Sequence record: SRR20825006_369
Length of the DNA: 39,214 nucleotides
Strand: one strand, 5' to 3'
The notes beneath the pieces were generated by a model, which ran no database searches, was not told where the DNA came from, and saw nothing but the letters and a program-made list of their open reading frames with translations. Positions 25,209 through 33,970 of this stretch are shown piece after piece. Every line of letters begins with the position of its first letter. The stretch's first letter is position 1. The position numbers and the translations under genes were made by a program.

Positions 25209-26690
25209 ATGGTTCAGATCCCCAATCCGCAGCAATTCCGCCGCACATCCCCCTTGCTTGCACCGGTGGGGTTGCTCATCCTTTTGCCGATGATTGCGCT
25301 GGCGTTGTTGGGATTGCGCTATGTCGAAGCGGATAAGGCGGCGGTCGCCGAGGTGCAGCGGGCACAACAGCAGGTGAGCGCCGATGCGCTGGCGCAGGGG
25401 ATCGTCTCCCATGCCACCACGCGGGCTGACGCATTGATCGGCTCTGCCCGGACCCGGTTTGCGACAGATGGCCCGCAAGGCCTACGCAATCTGTATCTGT
25501 CACAGCCGGAACTGGCATTGGTGGTTGTTTTTGATGCGGCAGGCACACGGGTCTTTCCCGAAACGCAAGAAGTGCCGCTGTTTGCCGAGGCGCATTACCT
25601 GCGCCTCGGGCGGACCCGGCTTGCCGAGGCACAAACAAAGGCGAAGGATCACAAAGATCATATTGTCTGGGTTGGCGCCTTGTCAGACGTTGAAACGCCA
25701 ATTGTGGCGTGCCAAGTGCAAGATGGTATCACGGTTTGCCTGTTGCTCCATACTGCGCCTTTGCTGAAAATCGCCGCCTCTGAACCGCTCGAAACTCTTG
25801 GGACCGAAACCACCCCGCCAGAGGGGATGGCAAGGGTGCGCGCGCCCCTCGCGGAGCCATATTCCGGCTTTGCCGTGGCGGTGGATTATCGGCCCATTCC
25901 AAGTCGCGGCTGGCGCGGGCTGGCCCTGATGCTTGGCCCCACCGTGTTGGGAACCGGTCTCGCGGCCTGGCTTTTGGTTCTGGCACAGCGGGCGGTCCTT
26001 GGCAGCGAACGGCGCAGGCGGCGTCTGCTTGCCGAGATGTCGCATGAATTGCGCACACCGCTTGCAAATCTGCGGCTTTATTCCGACATGTTGACGCGCC
26101 ACAGCGAGGATGTGGTCCGGGTCCGCCGCTATGCACGGGTCATCGCGCAAGAAGCCACGCATCTGTCCGACATCGTTGATAACACCTTGATTGTCACGGT
26201 CAGGGGCGGTTCTCCCTGCCGCGCGCCCATCGTTGCAAAAGCGGATCAAGTGGTTGCCGCCGTCTTGGACCGGTACGGCCCGAGCCTGATTGCACAGACC
26301 CCACCACATCTGGACCTGCAAGCGGCCAAAGCGGTGCGTTTTGATCGGGATACCTTTGAGCGGGTGTTGGTGAATGTGCTGGACAATGCCCGCAAACACG
26401 TGCCCGGCACAGAACTGCGCATTACCACTCGGCTCACTGCGGATAGGCTGGTGCTGGACATTTGTGACACTGGCCCAATTTGTGACACGGGCCCAATTTG
26501 TGACACGGGCCCAAAGCGTACGCCGCACCATGAGAATATGACCGGATTTGGGTTGGGCTTAAACGCCTGCCACACCATGGCCGAACAGGCCGGCGGGCGC
26601 TTTCGCCCGCAGATTACACCAAAGGGCAGCCGTTTCACCCTTGAACTGCCACTCCATCCCGACTTTGCCGAGGCGCAATGCGAATCCTGA
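25209..26690 (+). CDS. Sensor histidine kinase (two TM segments, HisKA, HATPase)
   Basis: MSHELRTPL, NVLDNARKH and GFGLGL. Start set at ATG 25209 because the ORF-track start overlaps the divergent gene. Confidence 0.88.
   Translation: MVQIPNPQQFRRTSPLLAPVGLLILLPMIALALLGLRYVEADKAAVAEVQRAQQQVSADALAQGIVSHATTRADALIGSARTRFATDGPQGLRNLYLSQPELALVVVFDAAGTRVFPETQEVPLFAEAHYLRLGRTRLAEAQTKAKDHKDHIVWVGALSDVETPIVACQVQDGITVCLLLHTAPLLKIAASEPLETLGTETTPPEGMARVRAPLAEPYSGFAVAVDYRPIPSRGWRGLALMLGPTVLGTGLAAWLLVLAQRAVLGSERRRRRLLAEMSHELRTPLANLRLYSDMLTRHSEDVVRVRRYARVIAQEATHLSDIVDNTLIVTVRGGSPCRAPIVAKADQVVAAVLDRYGPSLIAQTPPHLDLQAAKAVRFDRDTFERVLVNVLDNARKHVPGTELRITTRLTADRLVLDICDTGPICDTGPICDTGPKRTPHHENMTGFGLGLNACHTMAEQAGGRFRPQITPKGSRFTLELPLHPDFAEAQCES
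26460..26513 (+). repeat. 3 x 18-bp in-frame tandem repeat (ICDTGP)
   Basis: atttgtgacac(t/g)ggccca three times. Confidence 0.95.
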
Positions 26691-27358
26691 TTGCCGAAGA
26701 TAACAACGCCCTGCGTGAGGGCCTGTGCGATTTGCTGGCCGGGGATGGTCATGACTGTCATCCCGCCGCTGACGGTCTGACCGCCCGCGCGCTGTTTGAT
26801 GCCGCGCCTTTTCCTGTGGTGATTTTGGATGTGGTGATGCCGGGCATGGATGGGCTCAGCCTGTGTCGCCACATCCGCAGCACTGCCCCTCACAGCCAGA
26901 TCCTGATCCTCAGTGCCCGAGGCGAATGCTTTGACAGGGCTTTGGGCTTGGAATTGGGCGCGGATGACTATGTCGCCAAACCCTTTGATCCGGCAGAGCT
27001 GCGCGCCCGCATCAAGGGGATGGCACGGCGGGCAGGCGGGCCTCCGATCGGAGAAACACAGTTTCAGATGGATGATCTGTGGATCGACCCACTGCGCCTT
27101 ACCGCGCGCCGTTCTGGCGAGGACAACATTCCGCTTAATCCGCGCGAGCTCGCCGTTTTGCGCCTACTCTACCGGCACGCTGGCATCCCGGTCAGTCGCA
27201 ACACGCTTTTTGATGAATGTTGGGGTCGCGATTATTTCCCCAACAGCCGCGCGCTGGATCAATATATCTCTGCCTTGCGTCAGCGCATTGAGCGACAGCC
27301 AAGGCAGCCTCGCATCATCGAAACAGTGCGTGGGGTCGGCTACCGATACCCGCGCTGA
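26678..27358 (+). CDS. OmpR/PhoB-family response regulator
   Basis: RILIAED, ILDVVMPG, GADDYVAKPF and IETVRGVGYR. Confidence 0.95.
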   Translation: MRILIAEDNNALREGLCDLLAGDGHDCHPAADGLTARALFDAAPFPVVILDVVMPGMDGLSLCRHIRSTAPHSQILILSARGECFDRALGLELGADDYVAKPFDPAELRARIKGMARRAGGPPIGETQFQMDDLWIDPLRLTARRSGEDNIPLNPRELAVLRLLYRHAGIPVSRNTLFDECWGRDYFPNSRALDQYISALRQRIERQPRQPRIIETVRGVGYRYPR

Positions 27359-27365
27359 CGCGGAA

Positions 27366-27383
27366 TCTTACAAACTTCTTGCA
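27366..27383 (+). promoter_or_regulatory. OmpR-type direct repeat TCTTACA-N4-TCTTGCA upstream of the Sel1 gene
   Basis: Same motif and relative orientation as 25125-25142. Confidence 0.65.
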
Positions 27384-27448
27384 GGACCATGACCAAGCGG
27401 CGCGGGCCCGCTTTAATCTGGCATGATCAAGCAAGAGGAGGTTCCCCA

Positions 27449-27937
27449 ATGCGTTTCGCAACTGTTTTGACACTGGCCTGTGGTTTGGCACATCCCATTC
27501 AGGCCGACAACCTTGGCACGCTCAACCCCGAAGAGGGCGGATTGAACAGTCTGGAGGCAAACATCGCCTTGCACCCGGATCGCATCGGGATGCTGTGCTG
27601 GATCGCCTATGAGATTCAAAAGGGGGGCGGAAAAGAGTCAAAACCCGCAGCAGAAGTAATGACAACCTGCGCGAAAAACGGGAATGCTCCCTCGATGATC
27701 ATGCTGGCCCATGCTTATGAAAATGGTCTCGGGGTGGAAAAAGACCTGACACAAGCAACCTATTGGCTGCATGAAGCCGCCCAGACCGGATATTCACTTG
27801 CTGAATATCACTACGGCATGGCGCTGTTCACAGGAAGCGGCACCACCAAAGACCATGCCGCCGCCCGTCTCTGGCTCAAACGAGCCGTCGAACATGGCAG
27901 CGATGCGGCCCGCGAAGCCCTGTCCCAGTTTGAATAA
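27449..27937 (+). CDS. Secreted Sel1-like repeat protein
   Basis: RBS GAGGAGG and signal peptide; LAHAYENGLGVEKD...YWLHEAA repeats. Confidence 0.88.
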   Translation: MRFATVLTLACGLAHPIQADNLGTLNPEEGGLNSLEANIALHPDRIGMLCWIAYEIQKGGGKESKPAAEVMTTCAKNGNAPSMIMLAHAYENGLGVEKDLTQATYWLHEAAQTGYSLAEYHYGMALFTGSGTTKDHAAARLWLKRAVEHGSDAAREALSQFE

Positions 27938-28035
27938 CGCCTTGAAGGGCCCATCCCCTGGCCCGTTCCGCCTTGCGGCACATGTCGGGTTGGGCGAACG
28001 CGGCCTCAGTTGCCTGTTTCATCCGGAGACAGGGA

Positions 28036-28249
28036 TGAGGGCGCGTGGCGTGTCCGTTTGTGTCTTGCGCCACTGCACCAACGAAAAGTGAGTGGCAGGG
28101 GAGGGGCGTGTCGAGATTCCGTTCAAGGCCGATCCCGGTGTTGATCACATAGTCCAACAATCGCACCTTTCATTTATTGGGATCGTGAAAACATATTGCC
28201 AGCGTCCGGGTGGGTTGGTCCCATGGCCTTTGACAATGGGATTGCTCAT
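28036..28249 (-). pseudogene. Decayed MBL-fold metallohydrolase (Blh/persulfide dioxygenase-like)
   Basis: After RBS GGAG and ATG 28249, shifting frames give MSNPIVKG...WQYVF, MKGAIV, DYV...LDT and HFS..W.K..T..P.A, collinear with the family N-terminus. Confidence 0.6.
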
Positions 28250-28318
28250 CGGCCCTCTCCTCTATGGATCTGGTGTGAACGGGCGAGAGCGGCGGGCCGC
28301 AACAGCCCGCCTGTTACG

Positions 28319-28963
28319 TTAAAGTGTGCGGGTCGAGAAATACCAGTCGACCGTCTCATAGCCTTCGCTGGCGCGGGCCATGGCCGCCTCGGGTGTTGCC
28401 GGGGTCGGCACGATCACCGGCTTGCCGGGGGTCCAGTTTTCGGGCATCGCGCATTTGTGTTCGTCTGCGGTCTGCATCGCCACCAACAAGCGATAGATTT
28501 CGTCCACCGAGCGCCCGGCATTCATCGGGTAATAGACCATCGCCCGCAGCACGCCTTCTGGGTCAATCAGGAAGGTTGCACGCACGGCGGCTGTGTCGGA
28601 CGCTCCGGGCTGGATCATGCCGTAGGCTTGCGCCACCGCCATGTTCAAATCCGCGATGATGGGGAATTTGATCTCAACACCAAATTTTTCCTTGATGTTC
28701 AGCATCCAGGCGATGTGGCTGTAATGGCTGTCGATGGACAGGCCCAAAAGTTCGGTATTGCGCGCGGCAAAATCATCATGCTTCTTGGCGAACGCGATGA
28801 ATTCGGTGGTGCAGACCGGGGTGAAATCGGCCGGGTGCGAGAACAGCACCAGCCACTTGCCGCGATAATCCGCAAGCGTTTTGCGGCCGTGCGTGGTGGG
28901 GGCGTCAAAGGCCGGTGCGGGTTCGTTCAAACGTGCGCCGGGATATTGGATTTGGTCGGTCAT
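28319..28963 (-). CDS. Peroxiredoxin (Prx6/1-Cys-like subfamily)
   Basis: FSHPADFTPVCTTE, VRATFLIDP, YYPMNAGRSVDEI and MPENW. Confidence 0.93.
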   Translation of the reverse strand: MTDQIQYPGARLNEPAPAFDAPTTHGRKTLADYRGKWLVLFSHPADFTPVCTTEFIAFAKKHDDFAARNTELLGLSIDSHYSHIAWMLNIKEKFGVEIKFPIIADLNMAVAQAYGMIQPGASDTAAVRATFLIDPEGVLRAMVYYPMNAGRSVDEIYRLLVAMQTADEHKCAMPENWTPGKPVIVPTPATPEAAMARASEGYETVDWYFSTRTL

Positions 28964-29028
28964 TTTTGCAGTCCTTCTGTGTATCGTCTTGATGACACAG
29001 AGATAGAGAATGGACAGATATAGGGGAA

Positions 29029-29065
29029 ATCGAATATAACTACATCTGTCATAGGATTCTTCTAT
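29029..29065. promoter_or_regulatory. OxyR binding site
   Basis: ATCG-N7-CTAC-N7-ATAG-N7-CTAT versus the consensus ATAG-N7-CTAT-N7-ATAG-N7-CTAT, between the divergent peroxiredoxin and oxyR genes. Confidence 0.8.
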
Positions 29066-29067
29066 CA

Positions 29068-29943
29068 ATGCCAACTCTTCGCCAATTGCGCTTTCTGACC
29101 GCCGTCGCCGAGACGCTGAATTTCTCGCGTGCGGCCGATCTGTGTTTTGTCACGCAGCCCACGCTCAGCGCGGGGATCAAAGAACTCGAAGACCGTTTGG
29201 GCGTGCCGTTGATTGAACGCACCCGGCGCAGCGTGATGTTGACCCCGCTGGGCGAAGAGATCGCCGACAGAGCACGGCGTCTGCTTTTGGATGCCACCGA
29301 GATCGAAACGCTGGCGCGTGCACATCAAAATCCATTCAAGGGCGATCTCAAACTTGGATCGATCCCGACGATTGGGCCCTATCTGTTGCCACCGGCCCTG
29401 CCTGCAATCCGCGACGCCTTTCCCGAATTGCGCGTCTACCTGCGCGAGGAGATGACCGAGAGCCTAATTGAGGGCCTCAATGCAGGGCGTCTTGATCTGA
29501 TCCTGATCGCGCTGCCGTTTGAAACGGGGGCACTGGAAACTTTACCGCTGTTTGTCGACGGGTATCAACTGGCCACCCCTGCAGATTGGCCGGTGCCCAA
29601 CGGAGCCGAGGCCCTCACCCAAAGCGGGCACCTCATGCTGCTTGAAAAAGGTCATTGCCTGCAACGTCATGCACTCGCGGCCTATCCCGGCCGCATCTTC
29701 GCGGCGCAGGACAGCTTTGCCGCGACCAGTCTCACGACATTGATCGCAATGGTGTCAGAAGGGTTGGGGATCACGCTTTTGCCAAATCTCGCGATTGAGG
29801 CCGGGGTGGTCGGCTTGCAAAAGATTCAACTGACACCACTCCCCGACGCTTGCCCCCGTCACGTGGTCCTCGCATGGCGCCCCGGATCGGCACGGCATGA
29901 ACTCTTTGGCAAGCTTGGCGACATCTTGCGACGCGAAGGATGA
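29068..29943 (+). CDS. oxyR: OxyR-like H2O2-responsive LysR regulator
   Basis: CFVTQPTLSAGIKELE, IPTIGPYLLP, LEKGHCL and ATSLTTL; divergent from a peroxiredoxin. Confidence 0.9.
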   Translation: MPTLRQLRFLTAVAETLNFSRAADLCFVTQPTLSAGIKELEDRLGVPLIERTRRSVMLTPLGEEIADRARRLLLDATEIETLARAHQNPFKGDLKLGSIPTIGPYLLPPALPAIRDAFPELRVYLREEMTESLIEGLNAGRLDLILIALPFETGALETLPLFVDGYQLATPADWPVPNGAEALTQSGHLMLLEKGHCLQRHALAAYPGRIFAAQDSFAATSLTTLIAMVSEGLGITLLPNLAIEAGVVGLQKIQLTPLPDACPRHVVLAWRPGSARHELFGKLGDILRREG

Positions 29944-30071
29944 AGATTGTCGGAGAAACTTTTGCACTCAGAGACGCTTTCGCACACACGGCTCGCTGAA
30001 TGCCCACCTCACTCACGAGTTGCCCACTGGTAAGATTCTCCCATGACTGTTTTCGAGTGGGATGTAAGATC

Positions 30072-30242
30072 ATGCGTAGTATTACTGTAATGTTTGCGGG
30101 CGTCATTGCCTTAGTCACGCTTTGTGTTTCGGCGTATCTTGGAGTTTCGCTATTCTGGATGTTCACAAGCTATCTTGCAGCCGGATATGGCACGCTCGCG
30201 ATAATCAGTGCTTACATGTATTTCACGAGAAAAGATTTTTGA
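30072..30242 (+). CDS. Small two-TM membrane protein
   Basis: 56 aa, two hydrophobic helices with a basic C-terminus. Confidence 0.45.
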   Translation: MRSITVMFAGVIALVTLCVSAYLGVSLFWMFTSYLAAGYGTLAIISAYMYFTRKDF

Positions 30243-30307
30243 CCATTCACTTCCGGGCAACAATAATCTTGGTCATAGCCTCTCAATCAGCGTCATTACA
30301 AAGGTGT

Positions 30308-30621
30308 TACGGCCCGGAATACGTCAGGGGAAAGCTGATGGCTTGGGCCGAAAAACGCAACATCCGGCTCGCATACATCCAGCCGGGCAAGCTGCAACAT
30401 AACGCCTATATCGAGCGTTACAATCGTACGGTTCGCGGCGAATGGCTGGCCAATACATCTTTGAGACGATTGAGGAGGCACAAGACCAAGCAACTGAACG
30501 GCGCTGGACTTACAACAACAAGCGACCCAACATGGGCATCGGCGGCATGACACCCGCCATGAAATTGAAAACAGCCGGGCGAATTCTACGGCTGAACCCC
30601 ATTCAAAATGGCGGGATTACC
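30308..30621 (+). mobile_element. IS3-family remnant (3' part of OrfB with a frameshift, plus right terminal repeat)
   Basis: GPEY...IQPGKLQHNAYIERYNRTVRGEWL, 1-nt frameshift near 30450, then QYIFETIEEAQDQA...YNNKRPNMGIGGMTP. Ends aaatggcgggattacc. Confidence 0.88.
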
Positions 30622-30661
30622 GAAAGAGGGCGGGCAGCCTCGATTTTGGCACAATGGCGGC

Positions 30662-33600
30662 TCAATAATCCTTTTCAAAATAAACCCCAACGCCGGTGTC
30701 GCCGGTAGAGGAGACGGACCCTTTGACGGTCACCTTGTCGGTGGCGTCAAGGTTGAGGTTGATCACCGATTTGCCATCACTGTCGATGGTCACATCCGTG
30801 TAGATTTTATCCGAAATATATTTGCCGAGTTTCAACGAGCTGCCGCCCTCTTCGGAGGTTTGCAGGTCAAGATCGTCGAGGCCAAAACTGTTGCGGATCG
30901 AACCGACAAGCCCACCACCGCCGCCGGTTAAGGTCGCCACAGCCGAGGCCATTTGCGCCGCTTGCAGCGCGGAAATTTGGCTCAGACCGCGACCGAACAA
31001 CAGTTGAGAAAGGATTTCTTCTTGCGGCAAGGTGGGGGAGGAGCTGAGCGTCAAGGCCAGCGCGCTCAGCGGCCCTTCGGTGACCAGTTGCACGTTCAAG
31101 TCAGGCGTCTGCGTTTCCGCGACAAGCCGCACCACGGGGTCCAACTCGCCCTGCAAGGTCAAAGTGCCCTCTTTCATCACAATGCGTTTACCCAAAAGCG
31201 ACAAGCGCCCGCGGATCAGCGAGAATTGCCCCACCGGGATCACATCCTGCGTCGTGCCGCGCAGGCGCAGCCGCCCGCCGAGTTCCGCATCCAAGCCACG
31301 ACCGCGAATGAAAATCTGGTTCGGGGCGGCGATAGTGACATTGAGGCCATAGGAAGCCCCCGGTCCGCCATTGCTATCGGTGATCACAAGTCCCGCGCGC
31401 TTGCGGGTGGTGAGCACAGCGCCGGTTTGGCCGGTGTGGGTGATCTCGGGGATGTCGCCGCTACCGCCAAGACCAGAGGCGGACACAGTGATGTCGGTGC
31501 GGCCCAATGTGAGATCGCCCGCGATGGTAGCCCCCCCAGACAGCGGACCAGTGATGGCCAAATTGCCATTCAAAGAAGTGCTGTAGAGTGTCGGGTCCAC
31601 CAAGGTCAAACCATTGAAAGCCATCGTCACATCGGCGGGAACTGCGCCGGTGAGGCCAATTTGACCAGAGGCAGAGATGCCGCCGCCGGTGTCGGCATTG
31701 GTGACCACGTCGATTTGGGCGCGTTCGCCCGAAAGTGTGATCGTGCCACGCTCCACCGTCAAAGCCAGTCCTGCGTCTGAGACCACCACTCGGGCGCCGG
31801 GGGTGACTTGAACTTGTCCCGACAGCGACGAGAGGGCGAGCGGGCCGTTGAGTGCGAGGTCAAAGCCAGCGTTGCCTTGGGTTAGTGCGGCGGTGGTGAA
31901 ACGGTTGGACAGGCCCAAAGGGGCGGTGCCGGTCAGCGACAGGTTGGCTCGGCTCGCGTCTTGGGCGAGGGTACCGGTGACACGCGCAGTCGATCCGCCG
32001 GGGCCGGTCATATTGGCCTCGGTTTGCCACGGCGCTGTGACGCTCGCGCGGGAGACATCGGCGGCAAGGGTCAATGGTCCGGAAAGGCCAAAACCGAGGC
32101 GCGCCACGTCATCGAGGCGGGCGGAGAGCGTCAGCGCCCCGGCCTCAGACGACAGCGTGCCCTTGGCGGAGGCGGTTACGGCCCCCGTCGTCATATCCGC
32201 CGCGCGCAGGATCAGCCCGGTTTCGTCGCGTTTGGCAGAGAGGCTCACCGTGCTGGAGCCATTGGTCAGCGCGTCCACTTGCGCAATGCCAAAGCGCAGA
32301 TTGGTGCCTTTGGCCTCGGCGGTCAGATCGAACTTCCCACTCAGAGGCGCGTAGCTGCCCGAGCCTGTTGCCTGAACCGCCCCCGCAAGGTCAAGGCCGG
32401 ACAGGCGGGCAAATCGTGCCAGACGCGGGGTGTCGAGGCGCATGTCGCCAGTGAATTCAAGCCCCGCGTCAAGCCCGGCCAGCCGACCTTGGACCGCGAC
32501 GGTGGTCGCGCCGGTTTTGAGTTCGACTGTCTCGAAAACGATGTCCTGCCCCTCTTGCCATGTCAGTTGGGTCAGCAGGCTGGGATTTGCGCCAATGGCG
32601 TCTTGAAGGGCGGGATCATCAGAGACCAGGCCGATCACGGTGGCGTCAATCTTGGCGCTCACCGCGCCCAATGTGGTCAGGCCATTGTTATCCGTCAATC
32701 GCGAGATGGTGCCGCCCGCATTGATCGCCGCTTTGCCAAGGCTCAACCCGTCCTGCGTATAGCCATCGACATCAATCAGCGCGGTCCAACCGTCGCCTTG
32801 TTCGGCATCGTAATTGGCAATGATCAGGGCTTTATCGACCATGCTGCGCGCAGAGCCAAAAGGCAGCAGCGTCGGGCGGCCGTCAGGGCTTTTGAGCGAC
32901 CCGGAGAGGGCGAAGGAGTGTGGCAGGCCATCGGCGCCAATCTTGGCCGCACCGACCATCGAGACTGCTTGGGTAGAGAGGGTGAATTGCTCAAGCTCAA
33001 ACCCGCCCGCAGGGAAGGATTGGCCACGCGCTTGTAGTGTTGAGGAGGAGCCAAAGAACCGCGCATATTCGGCGCTGAACAACGGGGTGAGATCGCCGGA
33101 GAGATCAGCCGTAAACGCCCGTGGGGCAGGGGCGTCCGGTGCGTTTGGGTCGGCTTCGGCTTTGAGGGCCACTGTGCCGGTGAGGCGGTCTTTTCCCTGC
33201 GTTGCCAAGGCGATATCGGCGGTGAAATCATCCAAAGGACCCGCGCCCTTGGCCGTCAGAGACAGCTCAGGCGCACCGGGTAGGTTGGCAAGCGTGGAGA
33301 TCAGGCCGCCCGCGCCTTCCGTGAGGGCCAGATCAAGATCCAACACCTCGGTTGTACCATCAAAGGATACACCTACGGTGAAAGCGCCTTCTGCTGCATC
33401 CAGACGTTGAATGCCCAACGTCGCGGCACCCGAACCACCGGCCAAATTGGCGCTGCCAGCGAGGCTCAGATCCACCGCTTCGCCCAGTTTCAACACCGGG
33501 GCTCCAAGATGGACACGCTTGGCCTCAATTGTGCCGATATTGATCGACACGGGCAAATCCGGCAAGGAAAAGGGTGTGGCTTCGGGCGCGGGGAGCGCGG

Positions 33601-33970
33601 TCGTGGCCTCTGCCACGGGCAGGCGGTCAAACAGGATTTCACCCGCCGTGATGCGGTTGATCTCGACCCGACCGGAAAAAAGCGCAGCCCGGCTCCAGTC
33701 CAGCTCGACATCGCGCAGGGTGAACCACACGCCAGTGTCATCGGCGATGGTCAACGCGTCGAGCGTGGCCTTGGAGGACAACAGGCCTTTGAAGCCTTCG
33801 ATGCGAATATCGCGGCCCGCACCCGACAGGTTGTCTTCCAAAAAGCCAACAATCACAGAGCGGTCCCGGGCGGTTTGTGCCGTGTCTGTTTGTGCTGTGT
33901 CGGGGCTGTCCTGCGCCATCAGCGTCAGAGGGATGCAGATGGCGGTCATGACCGGAAGAAATTTGTTCAA
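30662..33970 (-). CDS. tamB: Translocation and assembly module protein TamB
   Basis: 1102 aa, IFIRGRGLDAELGG, DUF490-type C-terminus ending GVYFEKDY; downstream of tamA. Confidence 0.93.
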   Translation of the reverse strand: MNKFLPVMTAICIPLTLMAQDSPDTAQTDTAQTARDRSVIVGFLEDNLSGAGRDIRIEGFKGLLSSKATLDALTIADDTGVWFTLRDVELDWSRAALFSGRVEINRITAGEILFDRLPVAEATTALPAPEATPFSLPDLPVSINIGTIEAKRVHLGAPVLKLGEAVDLSLAGSANLAGGSGAATLGIQRLDAAEGAFTVGVSFDGTTEVLDLDLALTEGAGGLISTLANLPGAPELSLTAKGAGPLDDFTADIALATQGKDRLTGTVALKAEADPNAPDAPAPRAFTADLSGDLTPLFSAEYARFFGSSSTLQARGQSFPAGGFELEQFTLSTQAVSMVGAAKIGADGLPHSFALSGSLKSPDGRPTLLPFGSARSMVDKALIIANYDAEQGDGWTALIDVDGYTQDGLSLGKAAINAGGTISRLTDNNGLTTLGAVSAKIDATVIGLVSDDPALQDAIGANPSLLTQLTWQEGQDIVFETVELKTGATTVAVQGRLAGLDAGLEFTGDMRLDTPRLARFARLSGLDLAGAVQATGSGSYAPLSGKFDLTAEAKGTNLRFGIAQVDALTNGSSTVSLSAKRDETGLILRAADMTTGAVTASAKGTLSSEAGALTLSARLDDVARLGFGLSGPLTLAADVSRASVTAPWQTEANMTGPGGSTARVTGTLAQDASRANLSLTGTAPLGLSNRFTTAALTQGNAGFDLALNGPLALSSLSGQVQVTPGARVVVSDAGLALTVERGTITLSGERAQIDVVTNADTGGGISASGQIGLTGAVPADVTMAFNGLTLVDPTLYSTSLNGNLAITGPLSGGATIAGDLTLGRTDITVSASGLGGSGDIPEITHTGQTGAVLTTRKRAGLVITDSNGGPGASYGLNVTIAAPNQIFIRGRGLDAELGGRLRLRGTTQDVIPVGQFSLIRGRLSLLGKRIVMKEGTLTLQGELDPVVRLVAETQTPDLNVQLVTEGPLSALALTLSSSPTLPQEEILSQLLFGRGLSQISALQAAQMASAVATLTGGGGGLVGSIRNSFGLDDLDLQTSEEGGSSLKLGKYISDKIYTDVTIDSDGKSVINLNLDATDKVTVKGSVSSTGDTGVGVYFEKDY

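Larger units (their letters stand above)
1..30621. mobile_element. Probable accessory genomic island (left boundary outside the window or near 2.8 kb)
   Basis: Transposase scars at 2.4-2.8 kb and 30.3-30.6 kb, a pseudogene, and visibly lower GC over ~2.8-23.8 kb than in tamAB. No integrase or att site seen. Confidence 0.45.

Noticed and set aside
26460-26513. CRISPR-like repeats
   Set aside because: Contiguous 18-bp units with no spacers, inside a coding frame, and no cas genes.
30622-30661. tRNA or att site at the island edge
   Set aside because: No cloverleaf or direct repeat visible; the matching end may lie outside the window.
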